Shown: positions 26,240 to 35,014 of the stretch, piece after piece
Layout of the letters: every line of letters starts with the position of its first letter
Numbering within the stretch: the stretch's first letter is position 1
IMG/VR virus record: IMGVR_UViG_3300035701_000043
Span: 1 to 53,235 of that record
Length of the DNA: 53,235 nucleotides
Source: a virus
Lineage: Duplodnaviria; Caudoviricetes
Reading direction: 5' to 3' (one strand)
Notes under the pieces: model-generated
The model's database searches: none
What the model was told of the DNA's origin: nothing
Seen by the model: the letters and a program-made list of their open reading frames with translations, nothing else
Translations under genes and position numbers: made by a program

Positions 26240-27695
26240 CAGGTTCCTCGATAGGACGATTACGACGGGTGACTTGGCTAGCACGTGGCACTGGACCAAC
26301 GGGAGCACGAACGTCCACTCCCTAGCTGGGAACGCCATCACTTGCTGCGCTGGGGGCACGCCACTGGTTGCGGGTGACTATATCAAGGCGGCGACGAAGC
26401 TTGAGTGGTATAGGATTGCGAGCGTCACGGATACCAACACGATTGTGTTAGCCTATGCTTATCAGGAGGCTACGATTGACCCCGACACGACGGCCTTCGT
26501 GGATGTGAGTGTGCAGGATGGCTCGACGGTGGCTAAGGCGTTTGTGCATCTTACACAATATACCGAAACCGAGGCGAGGGCTGCGGGAGATGTTTTGTAT
26601 TGCCGCAGGGGGCAGACGCATACCCATAAAGCAGTCAACATGACGACGGATGACGCGGGCACACTTCCTTCTTACATTGTTGTTATCGCCGATGATGGCA
26701 CGTATTGGGCTGGGGAGGGCGGGTTAGCCGACACGATATTCGATGGGGCGGATGATACAACCTTTACTTGGCTGTTCGATAACGATTACTGGCGATTTGA
26801 GGAGTTAAAGTTCACCAGGGTTGATTCTGTTAACGGAGTTCAATTTAGCAGCGGTTATGCTAGACTCATTAATTGCACCTTCAACGACAACGACGGCGCA
26901 ACCGCTGGCTGCCGAATAACGTCGACCGCAACCTATGCAAGCGGGTGCACCTTCTCCAACAGCGCAGTTGGACTGAACACCGCCACTAATATAGGCATCT
27001 GGGTAGATAAATGCACATTCGACACTAACACATTAGGTTTTCAATCAGGTGCCCACAACATGCTTTGTACGGACTGCGCCTTCACAAACAACACAACAGA
27101 CGTCACTTTTAGCCAAACTAATCTCGAACAGAGATTCATGAGTTGCGCCCTAGACCTCACCAAAGTCACAATAGCTACAACAACAGAACGTAGAAACCGG
27201 CATACCGTCCCCGTCGCGATTTTCCAGGACTGCGGAAACGCGAAGGACCAGAACAAGGCATATTACGCAGGCGGCTACTGCAGCCGAGAAACAGCGGGCT
27301 TCATCCGCGCAGGCGGCGCAGACACCAGCATCAAAGCAATAGGCTATGAAACCCTAGATGACTTCGCTGAATCACCCTTCGTCATCTACGAGGCGTGGAT
27401 ATACAGCGACGGAACATCACACACCTACACCGTCTATGTCTTAGCAGACGGCGGATGGGCGGCACTACCCACCTCAGCCCAGCTATGGCTTGAGGCTAAC
27501 TACTTCGACCAAGCAGGAGACGCGGGCAGAGCCAACGTTAAGAGCAACGACGCCATCGCCGCCGAGGAGACGTGGACCCCGCTCGACGTGACATGCGACC
27601 CAGCCGCCGCAGGGATGGTCCAGCTCCGCATCTGCCTCAGCAAGTATCAGGCGAGTAAAGAGATTTGGGTTGACCCCCTAATAGTGGTGACCTAG
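26232..27695 (+). CDS. Right-handed beta-helix (pectin-lyase-like) virion protein
   Basis: Repeated NCTFNDN/GCTFSNS/KCTFDTN/DCAFTNN rungs. Confidence 0.7.
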   Translation: MANRFLDRTITTGDLASTWHWTNGSTNVHSLAGNAITCCAGGTPLVAGDYIKAATKLEWYRIASVTDTNTIVLAYAYQEATIDPDTTAFVDVSVQDGSTVAKAFVHLTQYTETEARAAGDVLYCRRGQTHTHKAVNMTTDDAGTLPSYIVVIADDGTYWAGEGGLADTIFDGADDTTFTWLFDNDYWRFEELKFTRVDSVNGVQFSSGYARLINCTFNDNDGATAGCRITSTATYASGCTFSNSAVGLNTATNIGIWVDKCTFDTNTLGFQSGAHNMLCTDCAFTNNTTDVTFSQTNLEQRFMSCALDLTKVTIATTTERRNRHTVPVAIFQDCGNAKDQNKAYYAGGYCSRETAGFIRAGGADTSIKAIGYETLDDFAESPFVIYEAWIYSDGTSHTYTVYVLADGGWAALPTSAQLWLEANYFDQAGDAGRANVKSNDAIAAEETWTPLDVTCDPAAAGMVQLRICLSKYQASKEIWVDPLIVVT

Positions 27696-27708
27696 CACGG
27701 CTAACGAG

Positions 27709-29334
27709 GTGCTGTGGGCCGAGGGGCGACCCTACACACCCACAACAACCTCAGACACTTCGCCCAAGTGGTCTGAGGGCAGGCCCCCCGTGGCGTGGAT
27801 CGCGTCCAGTAAAGTAACGTATACCAAAGCCTTCACTGTCGATGCAGTCCTAAAATCGACGCCGACTAAAAACTTCACCGCCGACGCGTACCTAAAGAAA
27901 AGTGATAACACCAAGGCATTCACAGCCGACGCTATCCTGAAGCTAACCGCCGAGAAACCATTCACCACTGACGCGGTATTAAAGAAGAGCGACAATACCA
28001 AGACCTTCACCTTAGACGCCCTGATAGAGAAGACCGACACAGAAAAACCATTCTCACTCGACGCCATCCTGAAGCTAACCACCGAGAAACCATTCACCGC
28101 AGACGCAATACTCAAAGGAACCTACACCAAAGATCTGACCCTCGACGCCTACCTAAAGAAGAGCGATACGACCCAAACCTTCACAGCGGACGCCCTACTA
28201 AAGAAAAACGATACAGAGAAGACCTTCACCGCAGACGGCTTAATAGAAAAGACTGATAACACAAAACTATTCACCGCAGACGCGATATTAAAACTCACCA
28301 CCGAAAAACCATTCTCACTCGACGGACTAGTAAAGAAGCAAGACAACACCAAAACATTCACAGTAGACGCGATACTCATCGGCGCGGGGGAAGTAACTAA
28401 AGACTTCACCATAGACGCCCTATTAAAAAAGGCTGACAACACCAAAGACTTCACGATAGACGGCCTGATTGAAAAGCAGGACACCACAAAGAACCTTACT
28501 CTTGACGCAATCCTACTTAAAATAGGCACACAGAACATCACCCTCGACGCCCTACTAAAAAAGAGTGACAACGTAAAGAACTTCAGCCTAGACGCCCTGA
28601 TTAAGAAGGCCGACACAGAGAAAACCCTCACATTAGACGGGCTTGTTAAGAAACCTGATAGCGCCAAGGACTTTAGCTTAGACGGCCTAATTGAGAGGGA
28701 GAACAACGCCAAAGACTTCTCACTGGGCGCCGTCATACTAAAAATAGGAATACAGGGTTTTAGTTTAGATGCCTTATTAAAGAAGAGCGACGCAACTAAA
28801 GACTTCACGGCAGATGCACTATTAAAGAAACTTGACGCAACCAAAACATTCACGCTAGATGGCTTAATAGAGAAACAAGACAAAACCAAAGCCTTCACCG
28901 CCGACGGAATATTAGAAGCGACCTATATCAAGACGTTTACAGCCGACGCGATATTAACGGGCGGAGTCATCCCCCAAGTACTGGTACCGAGTGTAGGCGC
29001 ATACCGCCCCGAGCCGCCCCCAAGGGGCACAATCACCACATTCAGCGTTCCCCTCGAGGTCAATGTGAAGGGCTGGGTCGGGCTCGTGCTGCCCCTGATT
29101 CAACGCGTCTCAGCGCCCCGAGAAGTCTTGGCCGCCCTGAGGCTTAACGTGGGCTCGACTGTATACAACAGCGCCAAGATGGTTGAACGCGTCGGCGGCT
29201 CAAAGATTCAGGAAGCGAAGATAAAGGTCAGAAGCCTCGACTCCGGCGTCGCGGGGCGGCTAAAACAGCTAAACACGTTAAAGAGGCTGCTCGCCCTAAA
29301 ATCGAGGCTGGGGGAAGAGGAAGAACCGACATAA
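27709..29334 (+). CDS. Repeat-rich fibre-like protein (about 26 KxFTxDAxLKK repeats)
   Basis: Tandem 14-16-aa repeats over about 380 aa. Confidence 0.75.
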   Translation: MLWAEGRPYTPTTTSDTSPKWSEGRPPVAWIASSKVTYTKAFTVDAVLKSTPTKNFTADAYLKKSDNTKAFTADAILKLTAEKPFTTDAVLKKSDNTKTFTLDALIEKTDTEKPFSLDAILKLTTEKPFTADAILKGTYTKDLTLDAYLKKSDTTQTFTADALLKKNDTEKTFTADGLIEKTDNTKLFTADAILKLTTEKPFSLDGLVKKQDNTKTFTVDAILIGAGEVTKDFTIDALLKKADNTKDFTIDGLIEKQDTTKNLTLDAILLKIGTQNITLDALLKKSDNVKNFSLDALIKKADTEKTLTLDGLVKKPDSAKDFSLDGLIERENNAKDFSLGAVILKIGIQGFSLDALLKKSDATKDFTADALLKKLDATKTFTLDGLIEKQDKTKAFTADGILEATYIKTFTADAILTGGVIPQVLVPSVGAYRPEPPPRGTITTFSVPLEVNVKGWVGLVLPLIQRVSAPREVLAALRLNVGSTVYNSAKMVERVGGSKIQEAKIKVRSLDSGVAGRLKQLNTLKRLLALKSRLGEEEEPT

Positions 29335-29347
29335 GGAGGCCGCGCTG

Positions 29348-29656
29348 GTGAGCAACACCTACCGAATAAAGCCCCCCGAGGGGCAGCTACGGATGATGAC
29401 TCACAGCATCCAGAGCCAACTCACCCGCATCAAGAACAGCTACGTCATCGGCGCCATATCGAAGAACAGGGCCAAGGAGCTGGGCGAAGAGGCCCTAGAC
29501 ACCCACTACGTTCGCATGATCAGCGCCAACAAGGAGGAACTGCAGCGAAGATTCAGGACCCTCAGAACCCCCACGGATGAGCAGATGAAGCCGCTGGAGA
29601 AGACGCTCAGAGAAGTGAAGCGCAGGTGGCGAAGGATAATCAACGATGTCAAGTGA
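29348..29656 (+). CDS. Hypothetical protein
   Basis: GGAGG RBS with GTG start. Confidence 0.55.
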   Translation: MSNTYRIKPPEGQLRMMTHSIQSQLTRIKNSYVIGAISKNRAKELGEEALDTHYVRMISANKEELQRRFRTLRTPTDEQMKPLEKTLREVKRRWRRIINDVK

Positions 29657-29661
29657 ACTAA

Positions 29662-29949
29662 ATGACTTCCCCGTACTGGACTTCCCCCGCCGGAATTTCT
29701 GAACGCATCAACCAACTCGGGGAATGGTTCAGCTACAACATAGTTAATAATAGCCTCCAGGTGGTGGGGGAAACCTACGGAGCCGACGCCTACGCGTGGA
29801 TCACGCACCCGGAGGCAAGCAAAACGGGGCCGTGCCCGATATGCGCCCCCCGCCACGGACACGTGTATAGGAGGGGCCAGTTTCTCCCCTCGATGCCGGC
29901 ACACCGATCCTGTAAATGTTCGTGGGAAATTATTTGGAGCGTTTCTTAA
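29662..29949 (+). CDS. Minimal MuF/SPP1 gp7-like head morphogenesis protein
   Basis: WIT...CPICAPRHG.VY...PAHRSCKC, the MuF C-terminal motif. Confidence 0.7.
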   Translation: MTSPYWTSPAGISERINQLGEWFSYNIVNNSLQVVGETYGADAYAWITHPEASKTGPCPICAPRHGHVYRRGQFLPSMPAHRSCKCSWEIIWSVS

Positions 29950-30179
29950 AAACTCCGAATATGGATATGAATACTGTCCATATTAACGAAGTCGAGGCAC
30001 CCGAGGCACCCCCTCATGACTGGCAAAAAGTCGATTTCTAATATTCTAGAGGAGGAGATAGGAGGTGCCCCACACGCCTCGGCTACAAATCATATCCATA
30101 AAAACGATGGGTGTTTTTCACGGCGATGTAGGCTTCGATGGAAGCCGCGGAATTAAAAAGTAATAAAAGTGAACAAAAA

Positions 30180-30569
30180 ATGACGAGTTGTTCGTACCTA
30201 ATATATAAGGAATCTAAAAGTTGCACGGGTTGCTCAGGATTCAGATGCACCGCTGGCTCGCGTGAGAAGAAGCTCAGCGACGTGAGCGCGTGCCAAAACG
30301 AGGAGGAGTGGCGCGAATGCGTGAAGTACCTGTCTCTTCAGCCGAACGCCGAAGCCACCGCCGCCACCGAAGCCACCACCGCTCCGGAAGCGCCCGCGCC
30401 GCCGACTGTATGCCCCTATTTGGGGGATATCCCGCTTGAAGGTTGTTGCAGTGCTACGTGCTACGTCAAGGGAGTTAGAGTCGCCATAAGGAAATGCCGA
30501 AATTGGGAGGCGTGCACCCGCTACCTCATCGCGAAGCTGTCGGGGACGCCGTTTAGGGGAGGCGGGTAA
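30180..30569 (+). CDS. Cys-rich hypothetical protein with internal duplication
   Basis: Two C.YL...C..C...C....W..C..YL modules joined by an A/T/P-rich linker. Confidence 0.6.
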   Translation: MTSCSYLIYKESKSCTGCSGFRCTAGSREKKLSDVSACQNEEEWRECVKYLSLQPNAEATAATEATTAPEAPAPPTVCPYLGDIPLEGCCSATCYVKGVRVAIRKCRNWEACTRYLIAKLSGTPFRGGG

Positions 30570-30571
30570 GC

Positions 30572-32602
30572 ATGCCACTTCCCGCACCCAGCAGTGGGGA
30601 AAAAGAAAGTGATTTCATCAATCGATGTATAAGTCAGGTCACAAAGACTGATCCTAACAGACCTAACAAGCAGATCATCGCCATGTGTTTTTCGCAGTGG
30701 CGTGGAAAAGAAAGCATTGACGAAATGCACCCCGACTTCGAGATGGTTCTAACTAACTATCAGAAGCACTACGGAGAGGGGGAAGGAGCCAAAAAATTTA
30801 GTGATTGGATAGAAAAATACGGCCTCGACCCCCTGAAGCCCTATAGTAATCAGGCTCAGCTCTTCGAGTGCCTCGGCGGAATCTGCGAAGCCTTCCGCTG
30901 GACCGAGCCGCTCATACAGTTGTACAAGGCGGATGGCGACGCGAAGTACTACAAGACGAAGGCTTTGACGGCGAACATGAGTATGAACCGTCGAGACTAC
31001 AGCGACGTAAAACACCTGAAAGCCGCGGCGCCGACCCTCACGTGGCGGCCCCTGAACCTGAATCACGATCACGCCAAATTCCTGGCATTCCCCGAGGCCC
31101 GCGTGGACTGGGCGGTCTTCGAGGACAACGCCGTTGAATGCGTGATAAGGATACCGAATGAGATGGGGACGGTCCAGAAAGCGATTGAGAATGGAGATAT
31201 AATGCACGTCAGCATCGAGGGTGAGCCCCGCGGCGGCACAGGAAAGTCGCCTGAAATGTATAATTTCACGGCGCTCGCCCTCCTGGAGAAAAACATGACC
31301 CTACCCGGCGACCCCCTAACATATTTGGAGCCCCTATTCCTAAAGGAGTCATTAGGTAGGAGTCTAGTTGAGTCGTTGAGAATGGAGGGAATTGAAAACG
31401 TGAAAGAAATGAGTGAAACAAACAGTAAAAGAATCGAAGAAATCAAGAAACTCACGGAATCCATGACCATTGATGAGGTGAAAACAAAGATCATAACCCT
31501 CAGTAAAGAACTAGATACCTCATATAAAGCAACCGACGCACCGACAAAAAGCGATGAGGAATACCAGAAACGTGATCTACTGCGAATCGAGAGAGATGCC
31601 TGGATAGAAGTCTTCAAAAACATGATCCAGAGCAAGGCCTACGCAACCGAGTCCCTGCCAAAACTCATCAAGGAACTATACGGCATGGACGTCTGCGGCC
31701 AATGCAAACACTTCCAAGACCTCAGCGATAAGACAGTCAAGATCGAACACTCCACTGGCGGAGACAGCGTAAGTATCACCCGAACCGAGGGCGCCGTAGG
31801 CCCCGGCGTAGGGCGGTGCGCGGTAACCGAGAAACTGGCACGGAAGCAGGACGCAGCCTGCACGGATGGGAGACCAAGGGACTCACCGACAGGGTTGGAT
31901 AGAACAATGGAAGATGTGAAATACCTAGCTGAGAAGTCTGAACTCCTCAGAGAAGTAGCGTTTGGAAGAACGCTTTTGAAGGAATCGGCGGACCGCGAAG
32001 CGATTGAGCGAGAAGGAAAAATCAGGGCAATGCAGGAGGGCGTCTCCAAAGATCAGACGCTCATCAAGCAACAGAGGGAAATCGCCGAGTTAACAAGCAT
32101 CAGCGCTAAGACTAAAGAGGAACTCGAAAACCAGCGGAAGATCAGTGACGCCTTGAAGGAGCAGAACGTGCGCTTCAAGATCGGCATGGACAACGCAGAC
32201 CGCGACATCAAACTTTACAAGGACCAGAACGACCGCTACGAACGCAGCGTCCAGAAACTGAATGATGAAGTCGTGCAGGTAAAGGAAGAGCTCACCAAGT
32301 CCATGATAAGGGCGAACGATGAAACCGCGAAGCGGGCCGAATCGGTTCAGCGCACCATCAACGCGGACAACGAACGCTCACGAATCCAGACTGAATGCGC
32401 TTTACTCATGCAGCAACTCAGCGAGAAGACGGCTGAGATAAGCGACTACGCCAAGCGCCTGAGCGACGGCGCCAGTCGGGAGCTGAAGCTACAGCGCGAG
32501 GTACAGGAAACACGCGAGAATAAGACAAAACTCGTCGACGAGATCCGTGACATGAAGCAGAAACTAAGCAAGACGCCAAAGGAAATCCAGATAACAATTT
32601 AG
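30572..32602 (+). CDS. Prohead protease/scaffold fusion (putative)
   Basis: SMNRRDYS, PLNLNHDH and HVSIEG motifs of capsid maturation proteases; long C-terminal coiled coil. Confidence 0.75.
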   Translation: MPLPAPSSGEKESDFINRCISQVTKTDPNRPNKQIIAMCFSQWRGKESIDEMHPDFEMVLTNYQKHYGEGEGAKKFSDWIEKYGLDPLKPYSNQAQLFECLGGICEAFRWTEPLIQLYKADGDAKYYKTKALTANMSMNRRDYSDVKHLKAAAPTLTWRPLNLNHDHAKFLAFPEARVDWAVFEDNAVECVIRIPNEMGTVQKAIENGDIMHVSIEGEPRGGTGKSPEMYNFTALALLEKNMTLPGDPLTYLEPLFLKESLGRSLVESLRMEGIENVKEMSETNSKRIEEIKKLTESMTIDEVKTKIITLSKELDTSYKATDAPTKSDEEYQKRDLLRIERDAWIEVFKNMIQSKAYATESLPKLIKELYGMDVCGQCKHFQDLSDKTVKIEHSTGGDSVSITRTEGAVGPGVGRCAVTEKLARKQDAACTDGRPRDSPTGLDRTMEDVKYLAEKSELLREVAFGRTLLKESADREAIEREGKIRAMQEGVSKDQTLIKQQREIAELTSISAKTKEELENQRKISDALKEQNVRFKIGMDNADRDIKLYKDQNDRYERSVQKLNDEVVQVKEELTKSMIRANDETAKRAESVQRTINADNERSRIQTECALLMQQLSEKTAEISDYAKRLSDGASRELKLQREVQETRENKTKLVDEIRDMKQKLSKTPKEIQITI

Positions 32603-32614
32603 GATGTGAAGTGA

Positions 32615-33007
32615 ATGGCAACAGTAGCAATAGAAGGCCTTGTGGGGCAACTAAGCCTCGGCGGAACGATCGTCGGCTTCTTGACTGGCGTGACTCTCAG
32701 TGGAAGCAGGGCGCAGACTCAGTGGCGGGCGATGGGAACATACGACGCCACGCAGATACTGAAGGGAGCCAGAAACTATGAGGGAACCGCCCGCAAAGCG
32801 TACCTCTGCGGTGACTGGCTTGATCTCTTCGCCCTCAACACCACCGAGTTCGCCGCCACCCTCTACCCGAGGGGCACAGCCGCCTGCGGAACCATAGCCG
32901 GAAGCATCGCGATCAAGTCGTGGAACCTGACCGGCATGGAAACTGAGAGCGAAGCCGCCGTCCTCGAGGAAATAGCCTTTGACCTTTATCAGGTTTCGAC
33001 CCCATAG
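32615..33007 (+). CDS. Tail tube protein (putative)
   Basis: 130 aa; G...G..VG....V.L...R...MG......GARNYEGT..K pattern typical of tube proteins. Confidence 0.6.
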   Translation: MATVAIEGLVGQLSLGGTIVGFLTGVTLSGSRAQTQWRAMGTYDATQILKGARNYEGTARKAYLCGDWLDLFALNTTEFAATLYPRGTAACGTIAGSIAIKSWNLTGMETESEAAVLEEIAFDLYQVSTP

Positions 33008-33126
33008 GTTGAAGCCGGAGGTTAAACGAAGCCTAAATTAATTTTCCACCGCTTTTTAGGTGCTAGTTTGGAACGTGGAGTTAGGATACATAACATTTAT
33101 AAGTTATTGTTGTAATAGTTGTTATT

Positions 33127-33222
33127 ATGAAGTGCCCTCATTGCGGTTACGAGTGGAAGCCGCGCACCAAGAATCCTAAGAAGTGCCCGATGTGCCAGAG
33201 ATGGTTGTCGCCGTGGAAGTAA
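33127..33222 (+). CDS. 31-aa zinc-ribbon micro-protein
   Basis: MKCPHCGYEWKPRTKNPKKCPMCQRWLSPWK; TTTATAA box upstream. Confidence 0.65.
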   Translation: MKCPHCGYEWKPRTKNPKKCPMCQRWLSPWK

Positions 33223-33242
33223 AACCAACCACGTGGAAGGAT

Positions 33243-33608
33243 ATGGTATTTTATCGAGAAAGACATGATGAACGAGTTAGAACACTTACGCAAGAACTAA
33301 ACGGCGAACGATTTTCTGTTAGTGCTTGTGATATAATTACCTATGATCATAAATTTATTGAAGTTAAAATATGCGAAGGTAAAAGACCTTGTTTTGAAAT
33401 ATCCGAAGATGAGTTAAAAATAGCAAAAATATTTAAAGATTTATATAAAATATATTTTTATTATAAAGGAGAGTTATTTATAATAAACGGAATCTATATA
33501 TTAAAATGGGCTGAAAAACTTAAACCCCGTGCCCAATTTGGGCATAAAAAACAAAAACAGAGGAGTATAGAACTATCAAAGAAACATATATCCGAACTTA
33601 ATGAATAA
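33243..33608 (+). CDS. AT-rich PD-(D/E)XK-like (DUF3883-like) nuclease domain protein
   Basis: CDII...FIEVK...FEISEDE...A...Y.IY pattern. Confidence 0.6.
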   Translation: MVFYRERHDERVRTLTQELNGERFSVSACDIITYDHKFIEVKICEGKRPCFEISEDELKIAKIFKDLYKIYFYYKGELFIINGIYILKWAEKLKPRAQFGHKKQKQRSIELSKKHISELNE

Positions 33609-33795
33609 TCATTAGGTGTTTTTTAGGCGATAAAATTGTAGAATGGAGATCACAAATCACAGTCAACCCCGCGTAAGCGGATTGATCGCGCACTGAGTCC
33701 TGCGCGTTATAAATTTTGGGCTTCAGTGGACTAAAAACGGGCATGCCACTGGCTTCGTGAGAAGCGAACAACGCCCACAATAAAAGGTGATCATC

Positions 33796-34965
33796 ATGGA
33801 TAATGATGAACAACCCGTCATAAAGATAGACACAACCGCACTAGCTAAAACCGTTGATGACAGATTCAAGGCCCTAGAGAAGACGCTGATCGAAGCGCTG
33901 ACACCCAAAGCAGAGACCAAGGGACTCACCGAAGTCAAGGGCGCCGGAACGCCGAAGTCCTTCGATTATAGACTTGGCATACTCGGAAAACTCGATAACT
34001 TCACCGAGAAACTGACTATCCAAGACTACGGTAAGAACCGCAAAAACGTCGAGGACATCGCCGTCAGAACAGAGACAACGAAGGGGCCACTCAAGGAGTC
34101 CTCGTACAACCTCAAGGAGAGCTTCGTCGAGACCATAGGCACCGTCGACCCGAGTTGCTGCATCCCCGAAATCTGGGCAGACAAGATTGAGCGCGACCAC
34201 ATCTACCCCGGAAGCATCTTCCTCGGCGCGTGGTTCATGAATTGGTACGACGAGATACAGGGCAAACCAGGAAACATCGTTAACGTCTGTCGTGTAGGAC
34301 CCGCGACATGCGTTGACCTGTCATGCGACGAGCCGGCGACAACCGCCGCAACCGTGACGTGCCCCCAGATAACTCTGGAACACGACGCCTGCGCATACAC
34401 GATCTGCCGCGAGGACATCGAGGATGTCCAAGTCGGACTCGTGGACGCGCTGAATGAGGGCCTCGGAAGCTGCCTCGCGGTCTGCATTGACAACTACTTC
34501 TTCAACGTAGCCCTAAGCTGCACAAACCGCGGAACCTACACCCACACCGGAAGAATGACCGGCAGCCTCATCGCCGAGGCGATGGCCACGGTAGAAGCAG
34601 GGACATACGAACCCGCCAAACTGATCATGCACTCGGTGCCCTACAAGCACCTAATGCAGGACACCCAGTTCGTCAACGCCGCGACCTTCGGGAACCGCGA
34701 CGTCATAGCGACAGGCAGGATCGTCAACTACCTCGGACTCGAGATTAATGAGACCCCCAAGGGGACCCTCGTCGTAGGCGGCGGAACATACCGCAGCCTC
34801 ATACTGGCCAAGGGCGCCCTCGCGGGAGCCATCAAGCACGGCATAACAGTCGAGACCGAGTACAGTCCACGCCTCCAGAAGAGGTACGTCATCGCCGACA
34901 TCAGGTACGGCGGTGTCTGTCTACATCCTGACGGGATTTATTGGATACTCACTAAGGAGTATTAG
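33796..34965 (+). CDS. Major capsid protein (HK97 fold)
   Basis: IPEIWADKI; G.PG..VNV; TG.I..YLGL.I; VETEY.P...YVIADIRYG; GGTGA RBS. Confidence 0.9.
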   Translation: MDNDEQPVIKIDTTALAKTVDDRFKALEKTLIEALTPKAETKGLTEVKGAGTPKSFDYRLGILGKLDNFTEKLTIQDYGKNRKNVEDIAVRTETTKGPLKESSYNLKESFVETIGTVDPSCCIPEIWADKIERDHIYPGSIFLGAWFMNWYDEIQGKPGNIVNVCRVGPATCVDLSCDEPATTAATVTCPQITLEHDACAYTICREDIEDVQVGLVDALNEGLGSCLAVCIDNYFFNVALSCTNRGTYTHTGRMTGSLIAEAMATVEAGTYEPAKLIMHSVPYKHLMQDTQFVNAATFGNRDVIATGRIVNYLGLEINETPKGTLVVGGGTYRSLILAKGALAGAIKHGITVETEYSPRLQKRYVIADIRYGGVCLHPDGIYWILTKEY

Positions 34966-35014
34966 CCGGTATAATAGATTCTACCCCCCTTCCCACCACT
35001 TTCTTGGTGATAGG

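Noticed and set aside
28149-28898. 249-aa antisense ORF and similar long shadow ORFs (e.g. 23569-24171, 51176-51916)
   Set aside because: They are by-products of repetitive or GC-rich coding sequence on the true frame and show no recognisable motifs.
27820-28960. Nucleotide repeats as a DGR or spacer array
   Set aside because: They are degenerate at synonymous positions and fully explained by the protein repeat; no reverse transcriptase is present.
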